Positions 52,233-62,104 of a DNA stretch of 64,000 bases are shown piece after piece (positions within the stretch are counted from its first letter, which is position 1; every line of letters starts with the position of its first letter). The stretch is from positions 1,260 through 65,259 of the forward strand of contig DAOUGB010000089.1 in NCBI GenBank assembly GCA_034429595.1. The letters run 5' to 3'. The notes beneath the pieces were generated by a model that saw nothing but the letters and a program-made list of their open reading frames with translations, searched no databases and had not been told where the DNA came from. Source of the stretch: Dehalococcoidales bacterium. GTDB lineage: Bacteria; Chloroflexota; Dehalococcoidia; Dehalococcoidales; RBG-16-60-22. A program made the position numbers and the translations under genes.

Positions 52233-53386
52233 GCAGTTTTGCCCTTCCTCTTGCGCAGGTTCATGGCGATGGCGTTGCGGAGTATCTGGTTGGTGCCTTC
52301 GTAAATCTGGAGAATCTTGGCATCACGCATCATTTTTTCCACCGGGTAGTCCCGCATATAGCCGGCGCCGCCGCAAACCTGGACAGCATCAACCGTAATC
52401 TTCATGGCGGCGTCGGAGGCAAAAACCTTGGCCGCGGCGGAGTACTCGGTAACATCCTTGGCGCCGCTATCCACATAACGGGCGGCGGCGTAAACCAGAG
52501 CGCGGGCGGCCTCCGTCTGGATGGCCATGTCCGCCAGCATCTGCTGGACGACGGGCTGATTGATAATCGCCTGGTCGAACTGGATGCGCTGCGCGGCATA
52601 ATCCACGGCGGCTTCCAGAGCGCCCTGGCAAAGCCCTACTGCTTCAGCCCCGATGCCGGGACGGGATTTATCGAAGAGGCGCATGGCCTGGATAAAGCCG
52701 TGGCCGGGCTTGCCGATGATATTGGCTTCCGGCACGAGGCAGTTGCGGAAGACCAGTTCCCGCGTGGCGGAAGTGCGGATGCCCATCTTCTTTTCTTTTT
52801 TCCCGAAGGTAAAGCCGGGGGTATCTTTTTCCACGATAATGGCGGAAGCGCCTCTAGCGCCTTTATTTTTATCGGTCAGGGCGATAACGGTATAGATTTC
52901 CGCCTCGCCGCCGTTGGTGATAAACTGCTTGGTGCCGTTAAGCAGGTAGCCGCCTTCAACCTTTTCCGCGGTCGTTTTAATGTTGGAAGAGTCCGACCCG
53001 GCGGTGGGCTCGGTAATGGCGAAAGCGGCCAGCCGCTTGCCGCTGGCGATATCCGGCAGGTATTTTTTCTTCTGCTCTTCCGAGCCGTATTCAATCAAGG
53101 TCATACAGCCCAAAGCATTGACGGCATAAGTGGTGGCGACGCCGCAACACACGCGGCTCAACTCTTCCGTGACCAGGCACAGGTCGAGGCAGCCGCCGCC
53201 CAGGCCGTCGTATTCTTCCGGGATAAAAACGCGGAACATATCCGCGGCGGCCAGCTCTTTAACGATGTCCCAGGGGAACTCTTCACTCTCATCAAGCTGG
53301 GCGCGGACGGGTAAGACCTTTTCTTCCGCGATGCGGCGCGCCAGGTCCTTGATGGTCTTTTGCTGTTCAGTTAAAAAATAATCCAA
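52229..53386 (-). CDS. Acyl-CoA dehydrogenase (butyryl-CoA dehydrogenase / CarC-like)
   Basis: 385 aa, with typical ACAD blocks (AFAITEPTAGSD, IYEGTNQI). Confidence 0.9.
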   Translation of the reverse strand: MDYFLTEQQKTIKDLARRIAEEKVLPVRAQLDESEEFPWDIVKELAAADMFRVFIPEEYDGLGGGCLDLCLVTEELSRVCCGVATTYAVNALGCMTLIEYGSEEQKKKYLPDIASGKRLAAFAITEPTAGSDSSNIKTTAEKVEGGYLLNGTKQFITNGGEAEIYTVIALTDKNKGARGASAIIVEKDTPGFTFGKKEKKMGIRTSATRELVFRNCLVPEANIIGKPGHGFIQAMRLFDKSRPGIGAEAVGLCQGALEAAVDYAAQRIQFDQAIINQPVVQQMLADMAIQTEAARALVYAAARYVDSGAKDVTEYSAAAKVFASDAAMKITVDAVQVCGGAGYMRDYPVEKMMRDAKILQIYEGTNQILRNAIAMNLRKRKGKTA

Positions 53387-53763
53387 TGTATCTGTCCTCC
53401 TACAAAAGAGAGCGGATTTGGCTAAACAATATCACCCTCAAAGCTATTTATTGAGAAAAGGGATACCGGCGAATCTATAGATAAACTATGATAAATTATA
53501 GAGAGTGCGGGAAGGGGAGTCAAGGCGAGAGGAGAAAGCATTGTTTAGTATAATCTTAGAGACATAAGAATCTTCTTTAACAAAAAATGGGTGGTAGTAT
53601 AGTCACAATTATTTTATAATATTGTTATAATTATATATGACATAACGCTTGACAAGTGTATACTAGTAATATACACTATCTGGGTGAGTGGATAAATCCC
53701 CGGCGTTTACATTCCCTTTGGGGTTTGTAGATGCCGGGGATGTTTATTTTCAGGGGGTATGTT

Positions 53764-54327
53764 ATGTATCGTGTTGCGGTATTTATAGATGGTGGGTATT
53801 TGGATAGAGAACTTGATAATAAAAGACAAGGACATAGAATTGATTACAACAAATTAGTAAACAATATTGTTGATAAATCAGGAACGGATAGGAAAATAAT
53901 TAGGGTATATTATTATCATTGCCTACCATATCAAGCTAACCCTCCAACTGTAGAGCAAAAGGAAAAATTCGGCAGAGCCCAGGGATTTTTCAGAGCTTTA
54001 CAGCGTACATCAAGATTTGAGGTTAGGTTGGGGCGTCTTGCCTTCCGTGGAAATAGAGAAGATGGCACACCAATATATGAACAAAAGAAGGTTGATCTGA
54101 TGCTTGGGCTAGACTTAATGTCTCTTTCTGCGAAGCATATTATTGATGAGGTTTTTATTATAGCAGGTGATAGTGATTTCGTACCTGCCGTTAATGCGGT
54201 TAAAAAAGAAGGAATAGTGGTCTATTTGGTTCACGGAGATTCGCCTCATGATGACTTACTTGATGAAGTTGATGAGCGAATCCCGCTTACACAGGAATTA
54301 GTCGGCGGTTGCTTCAGATTGATTTAA
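53764..54327 (+). CDS. NYN-domain (LabA/DUF88-like) protein, predicted RNase fold
   Basis: Has MYRVAVFIDGGYL and IIAGDSDFVPAV motifs. The gene is very AT-rich. Confidence 0.7.
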   Translation: MYRVAVFIDGGYLDRELDNKRQGHRIDYNKLVNNIVDKSGTDRKIIRVYYYHCLPYQANPPTVEQKEKFGRAQGFFRALQRTSRFEVRLGRLAFRGNREDGTPIYEQKKVDLMLGLDLMSLSAKHIIDEVFIIAGDSDFVPAVNAVKKEGIVVYLVHGDSPHDDLLDEVDERIPLTQELVGGCFRLI

Positions 54328-54350
54328 GAATTCAATAGGCCAAACCACCT

Positions 54351-55349
54351 TTACCCCCAGTACTTCTTCAGCATCCGGCAGATTCTTAGCCCCAGCCAGA
54401 GCCGCGCTTCTTCGTCTTTAGGATTGATTTCTTTATCCTGTTCAATCTTCCAGATGCCGTCTTTTTCCTGGTGTTCCAGGAACCAGTCCAGTGCCTTTTT
54501 AATATCCGGGTCGGTGGCGGGAAAGCGCAAAGGACGCAGGGATTCCAGCGCGGTGAGGAGGTTGGGCCACCAGAAAGTGAACCTGGTCCAGTACGAGGGG
54601 TTTTGATAGGAAGTATAGTTATCTGGCTTGAAGAGGCTGGACTTTAACAATCGCCCCGCCGCCACGATGCCCTGAAATTTCCGGTAGACCGGGTGGACGA
54701 TGAAAGCGCGCAGGGCCATATCCGTCCAGTTATGGGAAAAGGGCTGTGACCTGTCTGTTTGCAGCGGCTCGGCGAATTCTGATGTGATTTTGTTTTGCGT
54801 TACCTTATCCAGCTTGTGGGTGAGCATGGGAATCGTCCAGCCGCCATCGGTCTGGCGCACGGAGAGTAGCCAGTTAAGGCCTTTTTCGATGCGCGGGTCG
54901 TCTTGATAGCCCGCCATGATCAGCAGGGACAGCAGGTAGCCGGTGTAATACGGGGCGTATTGGTTGCCGATGAAGCCGCGGATATCCCCCTCTGCCGTCT
55001 GGAAGGAGAAAAGAAACTCGGCGGCTTTGGCGATGGCGTCATGGTCTTTGGTGAAGGCGTATTCCTCTACCAGAATACGGAACTGCTTGAAGGCCTCCAC
55101 CAGCGCGTAATGGTTGGGGGGATAGGCCTCTTTTTTCACCGCCCTTGCCCAGGAGCCGTCCTCCTGCTGTTTTTTGAGTATCTTCTGCGGTTGTGGTAGC
55201 TCCCAGACATAGCTGATGGGTTCCACTTTTTCGCCCAGCAGCTCGCGCCGGGTGAAATAGACAATCGCTTTATTTTCCGCCGCCAGGAGGGTTGGAATGG
55301 GGTCGGTATACAATTTCTCGCGCCAGGTTGGCGTGGATTTCTCGCTCAT
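54351..55349 (-). CDS. Prenyltransferase/squalene-oxidase-repeat (alpha-alpha toroid) protein
   Basis: Repeated Q..DGSW / RQTDGGW / QEKDGIW motifs. Confidence 0.5.
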   Translation of the reverse strand: MSEKSTPTWREKLYTDPIPTLLAAENKAIVYFTRRELLGEKVEPISYVWELPQPQKILKKQQEDGSWARAVKKEAYPPNHYALVEAFKQFRILVEEYAFTKDHDAIAKAAEFLFSFQTAEGDIRGFIGNQYAPYYTGYLLSLLIMAGYQDDPRIEKGLNWLLSVRQTDGGWTIPMLTHKLDKVTQNKITSEFAEPLQTDRSQPFSHNWTDMALRAFIVHPVYRKFQGIVAAGRLLKSSLFKPDNYTSYQNPSYWTRFTFWWPNLLTALESLRPLRFPATDPDIKKALDWFLEHQEKDGIWKIEQDKEINPKDEEARLWLGLRICRMLKKYWG

Positions 55350-55353
55350 AATA

Positions 55354-56217
55354 CTAACTCATTTCCTTCAGTTTTTTCATTACCTCGTCCACGGTATCTT
55401 CCGCCGTGGAAGCCCCGGACGTAACGCCGATATGCTTTTTGCCCTTAAGCCAGTCCGGTTTGATGTCAGCAGCCGTCTCGATTAAATGCGTTTCGGTGAC
55501 CGGGAAACAAAGCTCGGCCATATTTTCAGAATTAGCGCTTTCAGACCCCCCGACTACCAGTATAAGATCGGCCCGGTGCGCCATTTCGAGGGCGGCTTCC
55601 TGTCTTTCTCTTAGCGGGTGACAGATGGTATCGATAAACCGGATTTCCGAATTCTTAGTTAAAGCGATGCCGCGAATATTTTCCACGAACCTGGCAAAAT
55701 TAGCGGGTACCTGGGTTGTCTGGGAGAGAATGCCCAGCTTCCGGGGGAAGGGGTCGAGCGCCGCCACGACCTTTTCATCCATGGTAGCCAGGCCGCGGTT
55801 CTTCGCCCAGCCGAGGATGCCCTCGACCTCGGCGTGTTTAGCGTTGCCATAGATAATCACAAAAAAGCCGGACTCCGCCAGTTTTTCCGCGGCGGACTGG
55901 GCGCGCTGCACGTTATTACAGGTACCGCTGATAATTTTAATGCCGCGGGCGCGGATTTTTTCTTCCAGGTCAGGACTGATGCCGTGCGAACTGGTGACCA
56001 CCGTATCGCCTTTAATTTCATCGATGTTTTTCACAGACTTTACGCCAATATCCGCAAGTTTTTTCAGCACCTGCCGGTTATGCACAATATCCCCCAGGGT
56101 TTCCACGCCGCCGCGCTCGCGGGCGACCTTCTCCACCAGGTTCACCGCGCGTTCAACACCGAAGCAGAAGCCGGTCTTGCCGGCTTTTTCAATGACCGGT
56201 TTTATTTTCTGTGCCAT
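55354..56217 (-). CDS. ispH: 4-hydroxy-3-methylbut-2-enyl diphosphate reductase
   Basis: Has GFCFGVERAV, the conserved Cys positions and an IspH-typical length. Confidence 0.9.
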   Translation of the reverse strand: MAQKIKPVIEKAGKTGFCFGVERAVNLVEKVARERGGVETLGDIVHNRQVLKKLADIGVKSVKNIDEIKGDTVVTSSHGISPDLEEKIRARGIKIISGTCNNVQRAQSAAEKLAESGFFVIIYGNAKHAEVEGILGWAKNRGLATMDEKVVAALDPFPRKLGILSQTTQVPANFARFVENIRGIALTKNSEIRFIDTICHPLRERQEAALEMAHRADLILVVGGSESANSENMAELCFPVTETHLIETAADIKPDWLKGKKHIGVTSGASTAEDTVDEVMKKLKEMS

Positions 56218-56863
56218 AGACTCCCTGATATTCCGGCGGCAGTATATCCGCTATTTTTCTCATCATAAGGTCCGCCATCTCGCGGCGCTGTTCGCGGGTA
56301 ATTTTACCATTATGGGGCGGGAGGTCGAAGGGCTTGCCGATGGTAACCGCTATTTTAGGGTGGTGCAGGAAGCACCATTTAAGATGACGGAGGTGTTCCG
56401 ACCCCGTAATACTCACCGGCAGGAGGGCAACGCCCATGCGGGCGGCGATCAAAACGGCGCCGGGCAGGGCTGGCGTCATTTGAGCGTTGGGGCTGCGGGC
56501 GCCTTCCGGGAACATGATGACGGAAAAGCCTTCTTTAAGGGCGCGTTCCGCGCTGCGAATGGCCTCCGTATCGATGCTGCCGCGGCGCACCGGAAATGCC
56601 CCGAAGTTGGCTACCCAAAAACGGCTCCACGCGTTATGCCAGAGGTCCTCTTTAGCCATGAACTTACATTTAAGCGGGATGCTGGCGGCGATAATCGGAG
56701 GGTCGGCGAGGTGAAGGTGATTGCAAACGATGAGTACCGGCTTATCCTTGGGGAGGTTTTCCTTGCCTTTTACCTTCCAGAAAGCAAAGAAGAACACCAG
56801 GAAGCGTATCAAACCTCTCCCGAAGTAATAAACAAAGTGCATCCGGCTTTTGGTTTGTTTCAT
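56189..56863 (-). CDS. plsC: 1-acyl-sn-glycerol-3-phosphate acyltransferase
   Basis: Has the NHLHLADP (HxxxxD) and FPEGARS motifs. Its 3' end overlaps the ispH start by 29 nt. Confidence 0.75.
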   Translation of the reverse strand: MKQTKSRMHFVYYFGRGLIRFLVFFFAFWKVKGKENLPKDKPVLIVCNHLHLADPPIIAASIPLKCKFMAKEDLWHNAWSRFWVANFGAFPVRRGSIDTEAIRSAERALKEGFSVIMFPEGARSPNAQMTPALPGAVLIAARMGVALLPVSITGSEHLRHLKWCFLHHPKIAVTIGKPFDLPPHNGKITREQRREMADLMMRKIADILPPEYQGVYGTENKTGH

Positions 56864-56919
56864 ATGACCGTATTATTTAACTATATTCTGGAGGAAGAAG
56901 ACAAGAAAAATGTATGGCT

Positions 56920-57366
56920 TTACAACCGGTTCTGGATGGATGTCCTGATTTGCCGCATCAGGTCTTTATCACGCTCGGCGTCAAACCTGGGTAAGACCAC
57001 GCGCTCGCGTTCATAGAACCAGACCGGCAACTTGCGCAGTTCTTCTGGTTCGCTCATGTAGCGGGGGATGATATGCGCATGTAAAGCCGGGTTCATATCG
57101 CCGAGGATTTCATAATTAATGCGGTAGGTGTCCGTCACTTCCAGCAGCGCGTCACCGACGATAACCATGTCGGTTAAAAACCGGTCGCGCGCCTCTTTAT
57201 CAAGATAGTTGAGGTCGGGCACTACGGGGTCGGGCAGCAGCAGGCAGTAGCCGCGGGTATACTGTACATCGCCCATCACCACCCATCCGGACGGCACCTC
57301 GCAGATAACCGCTGCATTTCTTTTTGCCCTGGCCTTCTCAACGCGCCGTTGTATCTGGGTTTTCAT
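56920..57366 (-). CDS. HIT-superfamily protein (variant histidine triad ALHAHIIPR)
   Basis: Has a C-terminal HxHxx-type motif, and its size is typical of HIT proteins. Confidence 0.5.
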   Translation of the reverse strand: MKTQIQRRVEKARAKRNAAVICEVPSGWVVMGDVQYTRGYCLLLPDPVVPDLNYLDKEARDRFLTDMVIVGDALLEVTDTYRINYEILGDMNPALHAHIIPRYMSEPEELRKLPVWFYERERVVLPRFDAERDKDLMRQIRTSIQNRL

Positions 57367-58196
57367 GAGAGTCCTAATCCTTTGATTCTTCTTTTTATTT
57401 CCGGTAAAGCTTCTTCGGCGGCCTCACGGCCGTAGTCAATGAATTCTTTAGCCAGCCTGAAATCACTGAAAGTGGTATGCCCCAGGTCCGGCTCGATAGT
57501 GATATCGGCTTCCAGCATGCAGCTGCGTGCCAGCGAGTAGGTGGTGATGTAGAAGGACTGCATCAGTATCTGGAAAATGTTGGGTTCCCTGCGGGCTTTG
57601 GCCCGCTGTGTGGAGGTCTTGCTCATACGCTGGGATACATCAGGGTTGACGTTCACGGCGATGATAAAATCGGCGCCCATATGCCGGACAACGTTAATCG
57701 GCACCGGCGTGGTTAGTCCGCCGTCGACCAGGTAGCGCCCTTCCCGCCTGACCACGGTAAAAATACCGGGGATGGAAATACTGGCGCGGACGGCATCTAT
57801 CACTGGGCCGTTATTGATAACCACTTCTTCGCCGGTATCGATATCCGTAGCCACGCAGGCAAACGGAATCTTGAGGTCGGTGAACTTTAAATCCCCGCCG
57901 ATAAAGCCGGTCAGCAGGTTCTTGATTTTCCTGCCCTTGAGAAAGCCGGATTTTTCCACGGTGGGGTCGACCATCGGGGTGAACTTCTTCCAGGCAGGGT
58001 CGAGGGCATACTCCAGCATCTTTTCCGTGTCCAGACGTGAAGCGTAGACCGCCCCCATAATCGCCCCGGCGCTGGTGCCGGCAATCAAATCTATGGGGAT
58101 ACCTGCCTGGTGCAGAACGTCCAGCACCCCGATATGCGCCAGCCCGCGCGCCCCGCCGCCGCTTAATGCCAGCCCCACCTTTTTCTTATTATTCAT
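57363..58196 (-). CDS. Patatin-like phospholipase
   Basis: Has GGGARG (oxyanion hole), GTSAGA (nucleophile) and DGG (the catalytic Asp motif). ATG 58196 follows GGAGG. Confidence 0.85.
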   Translation of the reverse strand: MNNKKKVGLALSGGGARGLAHIGVLDVLHQAGIPIDLIAGTSAGAIMGAVYASRLDTEKMLEYALDPAWKKFTPMVDPTVEKSGFLKGRKIKNLLTGFIGGDLKFTDLKIPFACVATDIDTGEEVVINNGPVIDAVRASISIPGIFTVVRREGRYLVDGGLTTPVPINVVRHMGADFIIAVNVNPDVSQRMSKTSTQRAKARREPNIFQILMQSFYITTYSLARSCMLEADITIEPDLGHTTFSDFRLAKEFIDYGREAAEEALPEIKRRIKGLGLS

Positions 58197-58462
58197 CCCA
58201 TCCTCCAGGTATTTCGCCGTCATCTATATTATACCTGATGGACGCAATGAATTGGTGCGGGTTAACCCTTATTCATACTATGGTTAAACACGCTCACCGC
58301 GATTGGATTAATTATTCCGCTCGCCCTAAGCCCCCGGCGTGGTTCCACTCGTTCCGATTCGTCAGAGTGAACTAAGTCGCCACCGCAGTGAGCCCGGTCA
58401 AAAGCTTATCTAAGGGGCGGCATCTGTAATTTGGATAAAAGCCGGTATCTATCTTGGCCTTG

Positions 58463-58521
58463 CCCCCTCTCTAAAGGGGACATGGAACCATTCATCAGCT
58501 TATTTTGAGAGGGGGATGATT
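58463..58521. repeat. Degenerate type-B-like hairpin (CCCCCTCTC ... GAGAGGGGGATGATT)
   Basis: Shares the CTCTC/GAGAG arms and the GATGATT tail with the type-B elements. Confidence 0.4.
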
Positions 58522-58600
58522 TTCTTGATAGGGGTTCACGCTCCTCTTTGATACCCTGTTGCGGGCATCGATGCCGCCCTTTTTTAAAGGGGGAAAGATG

Positions 58601-58629
58601 TTGACAAAAAAGTTTCTGCTCCATAAAAT
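58601..58629 (+). promoter_or_regulatory. Sigma-70-like promoter (TTGACA-N17-TAAAAT)
   Basis: Hexamers at 58601-58606 and 58624-58629, upstream of the MarR gene. Confidence 0.45.
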
Positions 58630-58731
58630 GTAACTATAACAGAAACAATAAGCGTGATACATACTATTAGTCTGAATGAAGAGTTTGGGGTTAGGAATGG
58701 TTGGCGCGAAAAGCTGCGAGGAGAATAAGCG

Positions 58732-59223
58732 ATGAATAAGAAGGAACTAATCCGCCAGGCCATCGGATTTCAGAAAGAAATTGACCGGTTGATTATGTAT
58801 TTCAAAATCGAAGAATGGCTATCGCTTGACCTTACCATAGCCCAGCTAAAGAGCGTTATTTATATCTATCAAAAGAGGAAGGCCAGCTATAAGGAACTTG
58901 CCGAAGCGCTTAACGTAACACCGTCAGTAGTGACTGGAATTGTCGACCGGCTGGTAATACAGGGTATGGTAAAACGTAAGGTAGGAGATAAGTCAGCCGA
59001 CCGCCGCGTTCAATGGCTCGTAGTCACCGATAAGGGTAAAGCACTTCTTGATAACATACGGCAGCAAATGCACGTAAATATGGAACAAATATTAGAGACA
59101 ATGAGTATTGAAGACCTTTCAGCTATGATAAAAGGCTTTTCCTCTCTTATTAAAGCAGCTGGGACATTCCTTAAAAACTCAAGTAAGCCAGCCGGAATAG
59201 CTGCTAACCAGGAAGAATTCTGA
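58732..59223 (+). CDS. MarR-family transcriptional regulator
   Basis: Winged-HTH pattern (LTIAQLKSVIYI...YKELAEALNVTPSVVTGIVDRLV..G.V.R..D..DRR). Confidence 0.8.
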   Translation: MNKKELIRQAIGFQKEIDRLIMYFKIEEWLSLDLTIAQLKSVIYIYQKRKASYKELAEALNVTPSVVTGIVDRLVIQGMVKRKVGDKSADRRVQWLVVTDKGKALLDNIRQQMHVNMEQILETMSIEDLSAMIKGFSSLIKAAGTFLKNSSKPAGIAANQEEF

Positions 59224-59257
59224 AAACAGCGGGCTGATATTATTCATTGGAGGTTAA

Positions 59258-59377
59258 ATGAACGAGGGAAATTATACCGGGCTAATCGTACTTGGCAGTA
59301 TTATTGTGCTTTGTATCATCGGAGTAATCGTCTACTCGATAGTAAAGCGGGTGAAAAAACACAATAAGCCGGAATAA
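59258..59377 (+). CDS. Possible 39-aa single-TM micro-protein
   Basis: MNEGNYTGLIVLGSIIVLCIIGVIVYSIVKRVKKHNKPE. GGAGG lies 5 nt upstream. Confidence 0.4.
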   Translation: MNEGNYTGLIVLGSIIVLCIIGVIVYSIVKRVKKHNKPE

Positions 59378-59501
59378 ATCATCGTCTGATTAAAAACAGC
59401 TTAATCAGGAAGGAAAGATTATAGCGATTCGTGAACCTGCACAATTTATTTCTCCCTTAGTAGGCAGAATGTGAAATTATTGTATTCAGGGTTGATGTGC
59501 G

Positions 59502-60425
59502 ATGAAAGAAACACGCATCAGGAAAAGCTATCATTCCAGACGCTGGAGGTTGCCGGTCATTCTGGTGTTCGTCCTCATTATCAATATCGTAGTGGGGCTA
59601 TCGGTAACTTCTGTAGGTGTAGCCTCGGAACTTGGTGCCGGCGGGCATCCTCTGTACGCCGGCACCGATTTATCAGCAGTGCCGGAGTCCGTAGCTGATG
59701 ACGCCGTCCAATTAGCTGGCCGGCTATTCGGTGATATTGGAGAGGAATCCCAAAATTTCATAGACGAACTGCTGTCTATGTATGTGGAATCTCAAGATAA
59801 AGACGTGCTGCTACTTTTCAATCCCGGCGGCTGGGGAAACAACCTTCCGGAAACGGATACAGGCTGGGGGAGTATCCTGAATGGAATACAAGGGCAATTG
59901 TCTGCTTCCGGCATCGATTCTCTGGTACTAACATACCAGCGTACCGCGGATAATTTCTTCGGCCATTGTGAGGAGTTTGTGGAGATGTTTCTGAACTACT
60001 CATCCAAGGCAGAAGACCTGGCTTCACGCATAGAGTTCTTGACCGTACAAAACCCCGATCTCAAGGTAGTGGTTACCGGGGAGAGCATGGGTACGCTCAT
60101 CAGCGGCGAGGTTATGGATATCCTGTCCCAAAACCCGCAGGTCTTTAGTATCCAGACCGGACCGCCCCCCTGGTACCGGGGCGAAAATACAGACCGGACA
60201 CTGGTTATCGCCGATAACGGAATTGTTCCTGACTCCTTCAGCCGGGGCGATGTATTGACGATAATCAAGGCTAACCTGACTGCCCTGTTTAACCTATCTT
60301 CGTCTGAAAAAAGCCAGGGTACGGTGCTGAAACTTTTTCAATCTCCGGGTCATGATTATTCCTGGCAATACCCGGCTGTCTCTTCACAGATAACGGGGTT
60401 CCTGAAGAATACGGTCGGTCGATAA
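59502..60425 (+). CDS. Hypothetical membrane-anchored protein, possible alpha/beta hydrolase (GESMG nucleophile-elbow-like motif)
   Basis: Has an N-terminal TM helix, and VVVTGESMGT resembles GxSxG. Confidence 0.35.
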   Translation: MKETRIRKSYHSRRWRLPVILVFVLIINIVVGLSVTSVGVASELGAGGHPLYAGTDLSAVPESVADDAVQLAGRLFGDIGEESQNFIDELLSMYVESQDKDVLLLFNPGGWGNNLPETDTGWGSILNGIQGQLSASGIDSLVLTYQRTADNFFGHCEEFVEMFLNYSSKAEDLASRIEFLTVQNPDLKVVVTGESMGTLISGEVMDILSQNPQVFSIQTGPPPWYRGENTDRTLVIADNGIVPDSFSRGDVLTIIKANLTALFNLSSSEKSQGTVLKLFQSPGHDYSWQYPAVSSQITGFLKNTVGR

Positions 60426-60472
60426 TAAAGGACTCTCTATTCCGTAAAACGGGCAAGAGCGGGATTTTTCCC

Positions 60473-62104
60473 TTATTCCCAGAGTTTTTCCAGGTCATCA
60501 TCGGGCTTTTTACCGGCAGGCGGCTGGCTCTCCGGCGTAAAGCTGCTGTAGGATTTGGCGGAGCCGTACTCGCGGGGCTGGAAAGCCACCGGCATGGGCA
60601 CGGCGTGCCCGAAGATGAGCGCCTGCTGCTTGGGGGCGAGACGGGCTAAAACGGACTTAAGCTCGTTCTTGCCGGAGACGCCCGCGAGGACGCTATCGAT
60701 ATCCTTTTCATTATCCAGGAGGCAGGTTATCTTGGTGCCGAGCTGGGACATGATGTCATCATAAATGCCGGAGGGACGCTGGTCGATGACGAGCAGGGTG
60801 ACGTTGTATTTGCGCATCTCCCGCGCGATGGTGCCGAAGATGGTCTGCCCGGCCACCTCCGGGTTGAGGAACTTGTGCGCTTCCTCGATGGTGATGACCA
60901 GCGGGTTGGGCTTGGCGCTATCTTCCGCCTCGGCTTTTTCCGTGCGTTCTTGATATTTTTGATAAATACGTCTGGCAAGCATATTGGCCACGAGAATATA
61001 GGAGGTTATATCTTGGTGGCGACCGAATTCCAGCACAACGTTTATACCCCGGTCGAGGTGGTCGATGATGCTTTTCACGGCGTCTGCTGGAGCATGGGGT
61101 TCGATAAAAGACAGCCGCCCGATGTTACTAAGGCCGCGTTTAAGGTTACCAAATGTCCCTTCATGAATAGATAAGGATTCAAGTAACTCTTTAATATCCT
61201 CTCCATTTTCGAGTTCGAGTGTCTTCTGTATCCAGCTTTTACCGAAGCGTCGCTCCAATTGATATACCGCTGCAACCGCTTGCTCGGTAAGGTTTAAAGT
61301 CTCGCGTAAAAGAGCGATATCGGCTGGTTCTATTTCATCGTAACCGATTTTTACCACAAAGTCAGGGCTGAAACCACGGCGTCTTGAACTTACTTCATCC
61401 AAAGAAAATATGGCCACTTTTGACTGTATAAACGGTAATTGCTTGAGACCTTTAACGCTGCCTCCGGTTCCTTCAAAAGTGCCTTTCCAGCCGTACTCGT
61501 TGTGCATATCGAAAATCAGGTTGACGGCCTTGCTTTTCTGCAGCATCCCGATGAGCAGGATACGCGTCAGGAAGGTCTTGCCGGTGCCGCTCTTGCCGAA
61601 GATGCCGTTGGAGCGCTTGACGAACTCCTCCAGGTTGAGGCAGAGCTTGGTCTCCATATCCAGCGGGTTACCGATGAAGAATCTTTGCTTGTCCTCCTCC
61701 CCGAAGACAAGCTCCATATCCCGTTCCGTAGCCAGGTTGACGGTGGAGAAGTGGGCGGGGATGGTCTTGACGGGCTGGGGGCCTTCCAGCGTGGCATCAA
61801 CATCGCCGCCGATGGTGAGCATGGGGGTAACGTGTATCTGCCCGAAGGTGCTGGTGCCGGAGAGAACATCTTTCATAAAGGGGTCGGCGACATCGGGCGG
61901 GGAAACGGAGAGGCGCTCGTCGGTGTACTTCAGGCTGACGTCCGTAATCATCCCGAAGAAGCGGCGCTTCTGCCCCTCGATGGTCACGTAGCGCCCCACC
62001 ACCATATCCTCCACGGAGACGGGGCTATCCAGCCGGACGTCCACGCCTTTTTCCAGCGAGGCCGAGGTAACGATACCGAGTTTTTGGTTATTTTCCGGGT
62101 TCAT
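60473..62104 (-). CDS. HerA/FtsK-superfamily ATPase (HerA-like, DUF87-type) with N-terminal HAS-barrel
   Basis: Has Walker A GKSGTGKT, Walker B LVITIEEAHKF and the HerA-typical LLVIDQRPSGI. ATG 62104 is preferred because the longer track ORF runs into a type-B repeat. Confidence 0.85.
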   Translation of the reverse strand: MNPENNQKLGIVTSASLEKGVDVRLDSPVSVEDMVVGRYVTIEGQKRRFFGMITDVSLKYTDERLSVSPPDVADPFMKDVLSGTSTFGQIHVTPMLTIGGDVDATLEGPQPVKTIPAHFSTVNLATERDMELVFGEEDKQRFFIGNPLDMETKLCLNLEEFVKRSNGIFGKSGTGKTFLTRILLIGMLQKSKAVNLIFDMHNEYGWKGTFEGTGGSVKGLKQLPFIQSKVAIFSLDEVSSRRRGFSPDFVVKIGYDEIEPADIALLRETLNLTEQAVAAVYQLERRFGKSWIQKTLELENGEDIKELLESLSIHEGTFGNLKRGLSNIGRLSFIEPHAPADAVKSIIDHLDRGINVVLEFGRHQDITSYILVANMLARRIYQKYQERTEKAEAEDSAKPNPLVITIEEAHKFLNPEVAGQTIFGTIAREMRKYNVTLLVIDQRPSGIYDDIMSQLGTKITCLLDNEKDIDSVLAGVSGKNELKSVLARLAPKQQALIFGHAVPMPVAFQPREYGSAKSYSSFTPESQPPAGKKPDDDLEKLWE

